DNA of 64,000 bases. Source: Bacteroidota bacterium (GTDB taxonomy: Bacteria; Bacteroidota; Rhodothermia; JANXDC01). The stretch spans positions 1,677 to 65,676 of the forward strand of contig JANXDC010000001.1 of the NCBI GenBank assembly GCA_025059945.1. The letters run 5' to 3'. Of the stretch, positions 9,185 to 18,150 are shown one piece after another. Every line of letters starts with the position of its first letter. The stretch's first letter is position 1. The notes beneath the pieces are model-generated. The model made no database searches. It had not been told where the DNA came from and saw only the letters and a program-made list of their open reading frames with translations. The position numbers were made by a program, and so were the translations under genes.

Positions 9185-9931
9185 TTAGGCGGATCGGCCT
9201 ATGAGGCCCATCATGCGTCCGGTGCGCCCTTGAGCGCCGCGATGCGAAAAAAAGCGCTCCGGATCGTCCAGGGTGCAGGCGGAGGAGACCTCCAGGTGCT
9301 CTGGATCCAGCCCGAAGGCCAGGAGCGCGTCCCCCAAGAAGCGCTTCAGATCCACGTGCGCTCGTCCGTTGGGTCCAGGCAGCACAACGGACTCCGGAAA
9401 GCGAGCGGCCACTTCGGCTCCGACCTCAAAATGGCAGGCCCCGATCGCCGGGCTGATGTAGGCGCGGATCCGCTCGGCCCGAGCGCCTAGCTCTTGCATG
9501 AGCCGCAGGGTTTCGAAGAGCACCCCAGAGGCCGCTCCTCGCCAGCCGGCGTGAGCCGCGCCGATCACCCCCGCTTCGGGGTCGGCCAGCAGCACCGCCG
9601 CGCAGTCGGCCACGGTCACGCCAAGCAGCAGCCCGGGCCGGTCCGTTACAAGAGCGTCCACGCCCGGCACATGCCCGGGCTGGCGCACGAGCGCGACCCG
9701 GTTTCCGTGCACCTGTCCGGCCGTGACCCAACAAGAAAGGGGCATCGCCAGCGCCTCGGCCACACGGCGGCGGTTTTCCCAGACGCGTTCGGGTGCATCT
9801 GCTGTGTTGAGCCCCAGATTGAGCGTATCAAAGGGCGCGGGGCTTACCCCGCCGCGGCGCGTGGTGAAGGCGGCCACGTACCCGGAGAGCTCGTCAAACA
9901 AGCGGGGCCGAATGAGCGCCAGATCGGGCAT
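9185..9931 (-). CDS. pgeF: Peptidoglycan editing factor PgeF / YfiH (DUF152, LACC1-like purine nucleoside-metabolising fold)
   Basis: MPDLALIRP...VHGNRVA...DALVTD...GVTVADCAAVLL...HAGWRG...SPAIGACHFEVG are conserved YfiH motifs. The start was chosen at the internal ATG (9931) that abuts the aroE stop. The ORF-track N-extension is rejected. Confidence 0.8.
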   Translation of the reverse strand: MPDLALIRPRLFDELSGYVAAFTTRRGGVSPAPFDTLNLGLNTADAPERVWENRRRVAEALAMPLSCWVTAGQVHGNRVALVRQPGHVPGVDALVTDRPGLLLGVTVADCAAVLLADPEAGVIGAAHAGWRGAASGVLFETLRLMQELGARAERIRAYISPAIGACHFEVGAEVAARFPESVVLPGPNGRAHVDLKRFLGDALLAFGLDPEHLEVSSACTLDDPERFFSHRGAQGRTGRMMGLIGRSA

Positions 9932-9933
9932 CG

Positions 9934-10782
9934 CTACAGCAGGCCGTCGAGAGCTGAAGAGACGACCTCTAGGGGCATTTCGCGTCCGGTCCAGAGCGTA
10001 TAGGAGGCCGCGGCCTGATGCACAAGCATGGCCAACCCGTCGACGATCTCCACCCCGCTGGCTGAGGCCTCCCGAAGCCAATGCGTCAGCCGGGGTCGGT
10101 AGACCAGATCAAAGGCGATCTGTCCAGGTCGGTAAGCGGAGGGATCGGTCCATGGGGAGCCGTCCTCCTGGGGGCTCATGCCCAGGGGGGTGGCGTTGAC
10201 CAGCAGCTGCGCTTCCTGTACGTCCTGGCGGGCTTCCGCCCAACTGCAAACGCGCCAGCTAACGGCCGGGCCATAAGGCTCTAGGTGCGCCTTGAGCGCG
10301 CTCGCCCGTTTTAAGTTGCGCGCCACAAGCGTGATCCGGCTAACCCGGTAGGCCGTAAGGAGCCCGTATACGACCGCTCGGGCCGCGCCGCCAGAGCCGA
10401 AGACCACGGCGCCTCCACCGCTAATGCGGTCCTCGTAGGGCGCAAGGGCTCGCACGAAGCCCCATACATCCGTGTTTTCGGCCCATAGCCTGTTGCCGTC
10501 GTTTACGATCGTGTTGGCCGCGCCCACGGCCTGGACCGTATCCGAAAGAGCGTCCACCCAGGGCAGGACCGCCTCTTTATAGGGGATTGTCACATTGGCT
10601 CCGCGAAAGTCCATCGCCCAAAGCCCCAGCAGCACGGCGGGCAGCCGGGCTGGATCCGTCACATCCAGAAGCAGGTACTCATAAGGCAGCCCGTGATGCC
10701 GAAAGGCCGTGTTGTGAAGCAAAGGCGAAAGCGAGTGGTCGACCGGATGTCCGATCAGAGCGACGTAGCGGACGGCGGCCAT
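9934..10782 (-). CDS. aroE: Shikimate dehydrogenase
   Basis: MAAVRYVALIGHPVDHSLSPLLHNTAF...GANVTIPYKE...NTIVND...GSGGAARA match AroE motifs. Start set at the conserved N-terminus (track start over-extended by 60 codons). Confidence 0.8.
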   Translation of the reverse strand: MAAVRYVALIGHPVDHSLSPLLHNTAFRHHGLPYEYLLLDVTDPARLPAVLLGLWAMDFRGANVTIPYKEAVLPWVDALSDTVQAVGAANTIVNDGNRLWAENTDVWGFVRALAPYEDRISGGGAVVFGSGGAARAVVYGLLTAYRVSRITLVARNLKRASALKAHLEPYGPAVSWRVCSWAEARQDVQEAQLLVNATPLGMSPQEDGSPWTDPSAYRPGQIAFDLVYRPRLTHWLREASASGVEIVDGLAMLVHQAAASYTLWTGREMPLEVVSSALDGLL

Positions 10783-10796
10783 ACCGCGTCCGATCC

Positions 10797-12188
10797 TCAG
10801 CGGGGCTCTTCCCAGTGTCGCAGAATAGCGGGAAAGGCGCGGATCAGCTCCTCGCGCAGCGCCGGTTCTAGCTGTGCAGCCGCGCGCAGGGCTTGCAGGC
10901 TTTCTCGATACCGACCCAGGTTGTACAGAGCCCGGGCGCGTTGGTAGTGGGCCTGCGCCCATTGCGGCCGCTGCTGCAGCGCCTGTTCGAAGGCATAGAG
11001 GGCTTGATCGAAGCGGCCCGTTTCCAGCAAGGTGTCCCCGTAGTCGTACCAGGCCTCCGCGTTTTGCGCATCCAGGTCCAATAGAATCCTGTAGCTTTCT
11101 AGGGCTTGTTCTAGGCGTCCCAGGTTGTATTCGGTGTCGGCCCGCGCATACCAGTATTCGGGATTGTCGGGATCCAAGCGGGCGGCCTGGACGAAATGGC
11201 GCAGGGCGGATTTGTAATCCTCCAGGCTGTCAAAACAGAGGCCCAGGTTGTAATGCGTCTCGGCGTGTTCCGGGTTTTGGGCCAGGGCTCGCTGATAGTA
11301 GCGGATGGCGGCGTGTAGATTGCCCAGCTCTTGATGGCAGAGGCCCAGGTTAAAGAGCGCCCCGAAATCCTCTCCCTCAAGCCTAAGCACTTCTTCGAAG
11401 GCCTCTAGCGCCTCCTGGAGGCGGCCCAGCTGCAACAGCACATGGCCTCTGTTGAAGTGAGCGGCGCTGAAATGCGGTTCAATGGCTAGGGCCATTTCGT
11501 AGCTCGACAGGGCTTCCTCCAAGCGGTTGAGTTGGCCCAACACGAGGGCGCGATTATACCAGGCGTTTGCCGAGAAGGGGTGTTCTTCTAGATGGCGATC
11601 GTAGGCTTCCAGGGCGCGTTCCAGTTTGCCGAGCGCTTCGTAACAGTAGCCGAGTTCATACCACGCCTCGCGGTGCTGCGGATTGCGCTCCGCGTAGTCC
11701 TCCAGAAGCGGCAAGGCCTCCTCAAAACGCTCTTGCCGTTCCAAAACGAGCGCCAAATTGAAGGCCGCTTCCTCATCTTGGGGGCTGCGCCGTAGCACCT
11801 CGCGAAAGGCCTCCTCGGCCTCCTCAAGACGGCCCAGGCCTTCGAGCGCGATCCCGCGATGCAGATGCAAATCCAGATCTGTGGGGTTCAGATACTGAGC
11901 CTGCTCGAGGCTCTCAAGCGCCTCCTCAAATCGGCTCAAATGATTGAGGGCGATCGCGCGCCGGATCAGATGGTCTGAGCTAAAGGGGTATTGCTCGATG
12001 AGGCGATCCAGAATCCGCAGCGCCTCCTCGTAGCGCTCCTGCTCCAGGTAATAACTGGCGGCCTCTTCCAGCACCTCGGAGTCCACGTATCCCTCTGCGT
12101 CCTCTAGCAGACGCTCAAAGCGCGCCTCTGAATCCCCGTACATCGAGGACTCCGGATCGTCATCGAAGAGGTAATCAAACCAGCTCAT
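10797..12188 (-). CDS. Tetratricopeptide (TPR) repeat protein
   Basis: More than 10 tandem 34-aa repeats with W-LG-Y/A-F-A-P spacing (e.g. EAWYNRALVLGQLNRLEEALSSYEMALAIEPHFS). Confidence 0.8.
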   Translation of the reverse strand: MSWFDYLFDDDPESSMYGDSEARFERLLEDAEGYVDSEVLEEAASYYLEQERYEEALRILDRLIEQYPFSSDHLIRRAIALNHLSRFEEALESLEQAQYLNPTDLDLHLHRGIALEGLGRLEEAEEAFREVLRRSPQDEEAAFNLALVLERQERFEEALPLLEDYAERNPQHREAWYELGYCYEALGKLERALEAYDRHLEEHPFSANAWYNRALVLGQLNRLEEALSSYEMALAIEPHFSAAHFNRGHVLLQLGRLQEALEAFEEVLRLEGEDFGALFNLGLCHQELGNLHAAIRYYQRALAQNPEHAETHYNLGLCFDSLEDYKSALRHFVQAARLDPDNPEYWYARADTEYNLGRLEQALESYRILLDLDAQNAEAWYDYGDTLLETGRFDQALYAFEQALQQRPQWAQAHYQRARALYNLGRYRESLQALRAAAQLEPALREELIRAFPAILRHWEEPR

Positions 12189-12334
12189 GGAAGCCCGCGC
12201 GCTCCGAAGACGCTTCCGAAGGTACGACGTCTAAAGTTGAAGCACAAGGCGCGTGCCGGAGTCCAGAGAGTCGATGTGGGGGGATAGCTTGATAAGCCAC
12301 GGGTGCGTATTTTTCCTTACGCGGAGGAAAAGCC

Positions 12335-13261
12335 ATGCGCGCGGTTTCGCTACTGCCCAGCGCCACGGAGATCGTCTGCGCCCTGGGCCTAGGAGATCAT
12401 CTAGTGGGGCGCAGCCACGAATGCGATCATCCCCCTTGGGTGCGCGCGCTTCCCGCCCTGACCTACAGCACCATCGCCGCCCCGGGCGAGCTCATCAGCC
12501 CGGCGGAGATCGACCGGCGCGTCTCGGAGGCCTTGCAAGAGGGTCGCAGCCTATATGGGCTGGATCGAGAGCGGCTCCTGGAGTTGAGACCCGATCTGAT
12601 CATCACGCAGGCCCTCTGCGACGTCTGCGCCGTTTCCCTGCCCACCTTGGAGCGCGAGCTGCAGCTTCTGGCGGCCGAGCACGCTATCCGGCTTGTTTCG
12701 CTGCAGCCAGCGGATCTGGAAGGGGTCTTGGCCTCTATCCTGGAGCTAGGCGAGGCCCTGGGGGCCCTGGAGCGAGCTCAGAGCGTGGTGGCGAGTTTAA
12801 GAGCCCGCCTGCGCGTACTCAACAGAGCCCTTAAGGGCCTCACGCACCGCCCTCGCGTGGTGGCGCTCGAGTGGCTGGATCCCCCCTTCGCGCCCGGTCA
12901 CTGGGTGCCCGAGCAGATCGCCCAAGCCGGCGGGCTTTGCCTGTTAGGGCAAGCCCGCCAGCCTTCGTACCGGACCTCCTGGGAGGCGATCGCGCAAGCC
13001 CAACCGGAGGTCCTCCTGCTGATGCCCTGTGGCTACGGACTGGACCAGGTCCTAGAGGAGGCCGAGGCCCTTCGGCCTCAGCTGGTCGCCTGGGGGCTAG
13101 ATGCCGTGCCCGTATGGGCTCTAGAGGCCAACGCCTACTTTAGCCGTCCGGGCCCTCGGGTGGTAGACGGGGTGGAGCTTTTGGCCCAAGTGCTGCATCC
13201 CGAGCTCTTCGGAGAACCGGATCCGAGCGAAGCTCGGCGTGTGGAATACGTGTGGGCATAA
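12335..13261 (+). CDS. ABC-transporter substrate-binding protein, BtuF/FhuD-like (periplasmic binding protein family), no obvious signal peptide
   Basis: MRAVSLLPSATEIVCALGLGDHLVG...DLIITQA...PRVVALEWLDPPF is typical of the PF01497 B12/siderophore-binding fold. The N-terminus begins directly in the mature-fold region. Confidence 0.65.
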   Translation: MRAVSLLPSATEIVCALGLGDHLVGRSHECDHPPWVRALPALTYSTIAAPGELISPAEIDRRVSEALQEGRSLYGLDRERLLELRPDLIITQALCDVCAVSLPTLERELQLLAAEHAIRLVSLQPADLEGVLASILELGEALGALERAQSVVASLRARLRVLNRALKGLTHRPRVVALEWLDPPFAPGHWVPEQIAQAGGLCLLGQARQPSYRTSWEAIAQAQPEVLLLMPCGYGLDQVLEEAEALRPQLVAWGLDAVPVWALEANAYFSRPGPRVVDGVELLAQVLHPELFGEPDPSEARRVEYVWA

Positions 13262-13277
13262 ATCGAAGAGGCCAGAT

Positions 13278-14084
13278 ATGCGGCGACCTTTGCTGCTTGG
13301 GACGCTGCTCTGCGGCCTGCTTTCGGCCGCTTACGGTCAGGATCCCGTTCGGGGGCGTTTGCTAGAAAGCCCGCGGCATCATGAGTGGCTTGCGGTCACA
13401 TACGGCGATCGCACGGTGTACGCCTACGTGGCCTATCCGGAGCGCCCCGATCGGGCGCCCGTTGTGCTGGTGATCCACGAAAACCGGGGGCTTACGGACT
13501 GGGTGCGCTCCGTGACCGATCGGCTCGCCGAGGCGGGTTACCTGGCCGTGGCCCCGGATCTGCTCTCGGGCATGGCCCCAGGCGGAGGGCGGACCGCGGA
13601 TTTTCCTCATGAGGATGCCGCTCGGGAGGCGATCTATCGCCTCCCCGGTGCGCAGGTGATGGCCGATCTGCGCGCCGTAGCCGAGCGCGCCCGTCGGCTT
13701 CCGGCCGCCGACGGGCGCCTGGCCGTCGCCGGTTTCTGCTGGGGCGGCTCGCAGGCTTTCGCCTTCGCCACCGCGTACCCAGATCTGCGCGCGGCCTTCA
13801 TCTTCTACGGAACGGCACCGGAGGATTCGGCCGCTCTGAGCCGGATCCGCTGCCCCGTCTATGGCTTCTACGGCGGAGCCGATGCGCGGGTCAACGCCAC
13901 GGTGCCCCGCACGGCCCGTGTGCTCAGCCAAGCCGGCGTACCGTTTGAGCCCGTCACCTACGAAGGGGCCGGACACGCCTTCATGCGCACCGGCGAGCTT
14001 CCCGGGGCCACCGAGGCCAACCGCAGGGCCTGCGAGGCCGCCTGGACGCGCTGGAAAGCGTTGCTTAGGCAGGTCTTCGAGTGA
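13278..14084 (+). CDS. Dienelactone hydrolase family protein
   Basis: Signal peptide, then PVVLVIHENRGL...AVAGFCWGG (nucleophile Cys elbow)...GAGHAF. Start moved to MRRPLLLG (ATG 13278). Confidence 0.8.
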   Translation: MRRPLLLGTLLCGLLSAAYGQDPVRGRLLESPRHHEWLAVTYGDRTVYAYVAYPERPDRAPVVLVIHENRGLTDWVRSVTDRLAEAGYLAVAPDLLSGMAPGGGRTADFPHEDAAREAIYRLPGAQVMADLRAVAERARRLPAADGRLAVAGFCWGGSQAFAFATAYPDLRAAFIFYGTAPEDSAALSRIRCPVYGFYGGADARVNATVPRTARVLSQAGVPFEPVTYEGAGHAFMRTGELPGATEANRRACEAAWTRWKALLRQVFE

Positions 14085-14106
14085 TCGCCGAAAGGAGGCG
14101 CTGCCC

Positions 14107-15351
14107 ATGAAACGGACCTGTTTGGTGCTGGGATTGCTGTGCTCGGCCGGACCCTTCGTCTGGGCGCAGCAGCCGTATTTTCCGGATCCTTGGCCGGCCC
14201 CGTGGGCCAAGCGCCCCCCAGAGTTGCTAGGGTTCGATCCGCGTAAGCTACAAGAGGCTATCGCCTTCGCCCGCGCGCAGGAATCGCGTGCTCCGCGCGA
14301 TCTGGAGCTAGCCCACTACCAAAGCTTCGGCCGAGAGCCCTTTGGAAACCCCGTAGGACCCTTCGCCCCCCGAGGAGAGCAGACCGGAATCATCATTCGG
14401 GGCGGATATGTGGTGGCCGAGTGGGGGGAACCGGATCGCGTGGAGATGGCCTTCAGCGTAACCAAGAGCTTTCTGTCCACGGTGGTAGGGCTGGCTCTGG
14501 AGCGAGGGCTTATCCGGGATCTGCGGGATCCCGTCTGGCCATATGTGGGCCCCATCTGGCTTTGGGAACCCCATGCGCGCTGGGCGACGGAGCCGTTGGG
14601 TCGGATGCGATTGCTCGATCTATTCGGCACCCCCCACAACCGCAAGATCACCTGGGATCATTTGCTGCGGCAGACCAGCGATTGGGAGGGGGAGCTATGG
14701 GGCAAGCCCGATTGGGCCGATCGACCTGATCCGAACCCCGATAACTGGATCGGTCGTCCCCGGCACGAGCCGGGCAGCGTCTACGAATACAACGACGTGC
14801 GGGTAAACGTGCTCGCCCTGGCCGCCCTGCAGGTGTGGCGGCGTCCCCTGCCAGAGGTGCTCCGGGAGCTGATCATGGATCCGATCGGCGCCTCCTCCAC
14901 TTGGCGCTGGTATGGCTACCAGAACTCCTGGGTTGTGCTCGATGGCCGTCTCGTGCAGTCCGTCTCCGGCGGTGGCCACTGGGGAGGGGGGATGTTTATC
15001 TCCGCTTGGGACATGGCCCGCTTCGGGTACTTGCTTTTACGCAACGGCCGTTGGCGCGATCGGCAGCTGCTTTCTCCCCGCTGGATCGCCTTAGCCCGCA
15101 CGCCCACGCCGGTTCAGCCCACCTACGGGTTCATGAATTGGTTTCTGAACACAGACCGCCGTCTCTATCCCAGCGCCCCGGAGACGGCCTTCGCGCACTT
15201 GGGTAACGGCGCGAACGTGATCTACATCGACCCTGAACACGATCTGGTCGTGGTACTGCGCTGGATTCAAAGCGACCAGGTGGATGCGTTCCTTAAGCGT
15301 CTATTGGAGGCCCTTCGCGCTTCGGCGCCCGAGACGGGGCGTACGCGGTAA
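14107..15351 (+). CDS. Serine hydrolase, beta-lactamase/transpeptidase-like family
   Basis: Signal peptide MKRTCLVLGLLCSAGPFVWAQ, then an SVTKS (SxxK) active-site motif. Start moved from the track's over-extended 13861 to ATG 14107. Confidence 0.75.
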   Translation: MKRTCLVLGLLCSAGPFVWAQQPYFPDPWPAPWAKRPPELLGFDPRKLQEAIAFARAQESRAPRDLELAHYQSFGREPFGNPVGPFAPRGEQTGIIIRGGYVVAEWGEPDRVEMAFSVTKSFLSTVVGLALERGLIRDLRDPVWPYVGPIWLWEPHARWATEPLGRMRLLDLFGTPHNRKITWDHLLRQTSDWEGELWGKPDWADRPDPNPDNWIGRPRHEPGSVYEYNDVRVNVLALAALQVWRRPLPEVLRELIMDPIGASSTWRWYGYQNSWVVLDGRLVQSVSGGGHWGGGMFISAWDMARFGYLLLRNGRWRDRQLLSPRWIALARTPTPVQPTYGFMNWFLNTDRRLYPSAPETAFAHLGNGANVIYIDPEHDLVVVLRWIQSDQVDAFLKRLLEALRASAPETGRTR

Positions 15352-15370
15352 AGATCTGAGTCCGGCCTCA

Positions 15371-16024
15371 TTATCGTTTGGAGTGAAGACGCGTCCGGTA
15401 GGCCTGCAAATCCAGCCGATGCGTACACCAGGAGGCCTCTTCGGCCGTGTTGGTAGCCAGGATCACGATTCGGCCCCGCAAGGCCTCCTCTTCCAGTAGC
15501 GCGCGCACCTTGCGTACACCCGATGCGTCCAAGTTCGTGGTGGGCTCATCCAGCAGCAGTACCCACGGCTCCGCCACAAGCGCCGCCGCCAGCCGGGCTC
15601 GTTGTTTCATACCGGAGGAGAAGAAACGCAACGGTTCATGCCAACGCGCCGCGGGCAACTCGACACGTCGCAAGGCCGCTTCTAGTTGCTCTCGGCAGGG
15701 CCGCACGCCCCGCAGCGCAAGCACCCAGTACAGGTTCTCAAAGGCGGAGAATTCCTCGTACAAATTCGCATACGGCGCCACTAGCCCCACCCAGGACGAG
15801 ATGGCCGGCCCCGTAACAGAACGCTCCGCATGCACGTAGCGCACCCGTCCTCTTGTGGGTTCCAGCAGGCCTCCGAGGATCTTCAGCAGCGTGGATTTGC
15901 CAACGCCATTGGGGCCTAGAACACCCCAAATCTGGCCCGATTCGCAGCTGATTGTCACGCCGTCGAAGATAGGCCGCAGCCCAAAGCTGTGCCCCACCTC
16001 GTGGGCCAGCAGCCGGTGTTCCAT
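15371..16024 (-). CDS. ABC transporter ATP-binding protein (no adjacent permease)
   Basis: Walker A GPNGVGKST, Q-loop, signature FSSGMKQR, Walker B LLLDEPT. Confidence 0.75.
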   Translation of the reverse strand: MEHRLLAHEVGHSFGLRPIFDGVTISCESGQIWGVLGPNGVGKSTLLKILGGLLEPTRGRVRYVHAERSVTGPAISSWVGLVAPYANLYEEFSAFENLYWVLALRGVRPCREQLEAALRRVELPAARWHEPLRFFSSGMKQRARLAAALVAEPWVLLLDEPTTNLDASGVRKVRALLEEEALRGRIVILATNTAEEASWCTHRLDLQAYRTRLHSKR

Positions 16025-16087
16025 AGCGCAGGCAAACATAGCGCTTGCCGGCTTCCGGGCGCAACGACCCGGCCCAGGCGCCCGCGC

Positions 16088-17221
16088 TCAGGCTGAAAGC
16101 GCCACGCTGCTGCGCTCAGAGTGCAGTTCAAGGCCGTACAGGTAAGCCGCCAACGCGCGCACGATGCGCTCCGAGGCCCTTCCGTCCCCGTATGCCAAAC
16201 AGCGGCGGGACATGGCGCGATGCTGGGCGGGATCGGTGAGCAGCCTTTCGGTCCAGGCGATGATCTTGCGTGGGCTTGTCCCCACAAGCTGCGCCACACC
16301 GGCCTGCACGCCCTCGGGCCGCTCGGTCGCGTGGCGCAGCACCAGGATGGGTTTGCCCAGATAGGCGGCCTCTTCCTGTAGCCCTCCGGAGTCCGTCAAC
16401 ACCACGTGGGCTTGATCGAGCAGGCGCACCATCTCAACATAAGAGACGGCCGGGCGAAGGTCGACGTTGGGCAGTCTCTCCAGCCAAGGACGGAGCGCCT
16501 GCTGCACGATGGGGTTGGGATGCAGGGGCACAACAAAGCGCACATGCGCATGCCTTCTGGCCAGCCAGCGCAGGGCGCGTCCGATGCGACGCAATCCGTC
16601 GCCCCAGTTTTCGCGCCGGTGCGCGGTTACAAGTACCAGCGGTTCTTCGGGACGCTCTACCGGACCCAGGTGCCGACGCACCCAACGGAGCGCGTCGATG
16701 GCCGTGTTGCCCGTTAACCAGATTCGGTTTTCCGGCACCCCCTCCCGGATGAGGTTCAGAACCGCCTGTTGCGTAGGAGCAAAGTGCAACGTGCTGACCT
16801 CGGCCAGCAGCCGACGGTTGACCTCCTCGGGAAAGGGCTCCCACCGGTTGTAAGTGCGCAGCCCCGCCTCTATATGCGCCACAGGGATACCCTCATAGAA
16901 GGCGGCCAGGCCGGCCAGGGCCGCCGTGGTCGTATCCCCCTGCACAAGGAGCATGTCGGGCTCAAGTCGCCGAAACAGCCGGGCTAGCCTATGCATCATC
17001 TCGCCGCCGAATGCGGCCAAGCCCGCATCGCGCCGCCTGGGCTTTAGCTCGTATGTGATCCGGATCCCAAACAGGGGAAGCAGCGGAGCCACCAGGTCCT
17101 GATGTTGGCCGCTAAAGCAGACGATGGGCTCAAGCTGCGGATGTCGCGCCAGGGCCTGGATTACGGGGCCGAGCTTGATGACCTCCGGTCGGGTTCCCAA
17201 GATGACCAACACGCGCTTCAC
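16088..17221 (-). CDS. wecB: UDP-N-acetylglucosamine 2-epimerase (non-hydrolysing)
   Basis: MKRVLVILGTRPEVIKLGPV...FSGQHQDL...VQGDTTT...HIEAGLRT matches full-length WecB/MnaA. Confidence 0.85.
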   Translation of the reverse strand: MKRVLVILGTRPEVIKLGPVIQALARHPQLEPIVCFSGQHQDLVAPLLPLFGIRITYELKPRRRDAGLAAFGGEMMHRLARLFRRLEPDMLLVQGDTTTAALAGLAAFYEGIPVAHIEAGLRTYNRWEPFPEEVNRRLLAEVSTLHFAPTQQAVLNLIREGVPENRIWLTGNTAIDALRWVRRHLGPVERPEEPLVLVTAHRRENWGDGLRRIGRALRWLARRHAHVRFVVPLHPNPIVQQALRPWLERLPNVDLRPAVSYVEMVRLLDQAHVVLTDSGGLQEEAAYLGKPILVLRHATERPEGVQAGVAQLVGTSPRKIIAWTERLLTDPAQHRAMSRRCLAYGDGRASERIVRALAAYLYGLELHSERSSVALSA

Positions 17222-18150
17222 GTGACGACCTCCCTCTGTAGCTGCTCCCGCATCCGGATGAGCTGAAGCAGGGGAAGCTCCCCAAGCGGTATGAGCCGGT
17301 AAGCTCCGAGCTCGTGCTCCAGCACCCTACGGGCCTCCCGGAGTTTGTAGCCGAGCGGCAGGCGCATGCCGGGATGAACGAGCAACCGCTTGTCTATGGG
17401 ATCTACGTCGGCGCCCAGGAAGTCGACGGCGTGCAAGACGTACGTCACGTAACCAACCCGATCCAGGCTGCGCCGCATCCACGACCATATGCTTCGGGGC
17501 AACACCCAGCGCAAGGTGTGGTAGAAGGGGATCCGAAGCGGGGTCAATACCGTGATGGGGAGTTCAAGAAAGCTTCCCCGCTCGGTGTGCACCAGATACG
17601 GGGCGCGCCTGCCGAAGACTTGTTCCCAAAGCGGATGCCACCCCTCAAAGGCGCGCTCCCGCTCCCGGCCCCGGCGGCGGATTTCCAGACGCGCGGCCAC
17701 AAGCAGGGGCGAAGGATAGGCCGTGGCGTCATACCAGTAGCCGGCCTCCGCGATGCACGCCAGTATGCTGTCGGTCAAATACCAGGATGGGCTTCGAAAA
17801 CCCACCACCGATCGGCCGGTGAGCTGCTCCAGTACGGAGCGGGCGTAAACGATCTCGTCATATAGGTGCGCCTCGCCTAGGCGATGTATGCCCGCCGGAT
17901 GCGTCAGAGAATGGCAGGCCACTTCGTGGCCCTCGGCCACGATCTGACGAATTAGGTCCGGATAGCGAAGCGCCTCCTCTACCACCACGAAGAACGTAGC
18001 CCGAGCCCCAAGCGCCCGAAACAGCTTCAGCATGCGGGGCAGAGCCTGCTCGTATACCAGGCCGTCGTCTCCGGGGACTCGATAACCGTAGCCTTGCAGA
18101 TGGGTGGCTATGCTGTCTACGTCAACACTAAGCCCGGCGCACGGCTTCAT
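17218..18150 (-). CDS. Polysaccharide deacetylase family protein (NodB homology / CE4; ArnD-like)
   Basis: SVDVD...ATFFVV...HEVACHSLTHP are NodB-domain motifs. It overlaps the wecB start (ATGA). Confidence 0.75.
   Translation of the reverse strand: MKPCAGLSVDVDSIATHLQGYGYRVPGDDGLVYEQALPRMLKLFRALGARATFFVVVEEALRYPDLIRQIVAEGHEVACHSLTHPAGIHRLGEAHLYDEIVYARSVLEQLTGRSVVGFRSPSWYLTDSILACIAEAGYWYDATAYPSPLLVAARLEIRRRGRERERAFEGWHPLWEQVFGRRAPYLVHTERGSFLELPITVLTPLRIPFYHTLRWVLPRSIWSWMRRSLDRVGYVTYVLHAVDFLGADVDPIDKRLLVHPGMRLPLGYKLREARRVLEHELGAYRLIPLGELPLLQLIRMREQLQREVVT

Noticed and set aside
12253-12834. 193-aa plus-strand ORF overlapping the BtuF-like gene in another frame
   Set aside because: The BtuF-like frame has conserved family blocks. 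The alternative frame is Arg/Gly/Pro-rich.
13861-14106. 82-codon N-extension of the beta-lactamase-like gene overlapping the dienelactone hydrolase gene
   Set aside because: The signal peptide starts at MKRTC (ATG 14107), right after the DLH stop. The upstream portion is Pro/Arg-rich with no homology.
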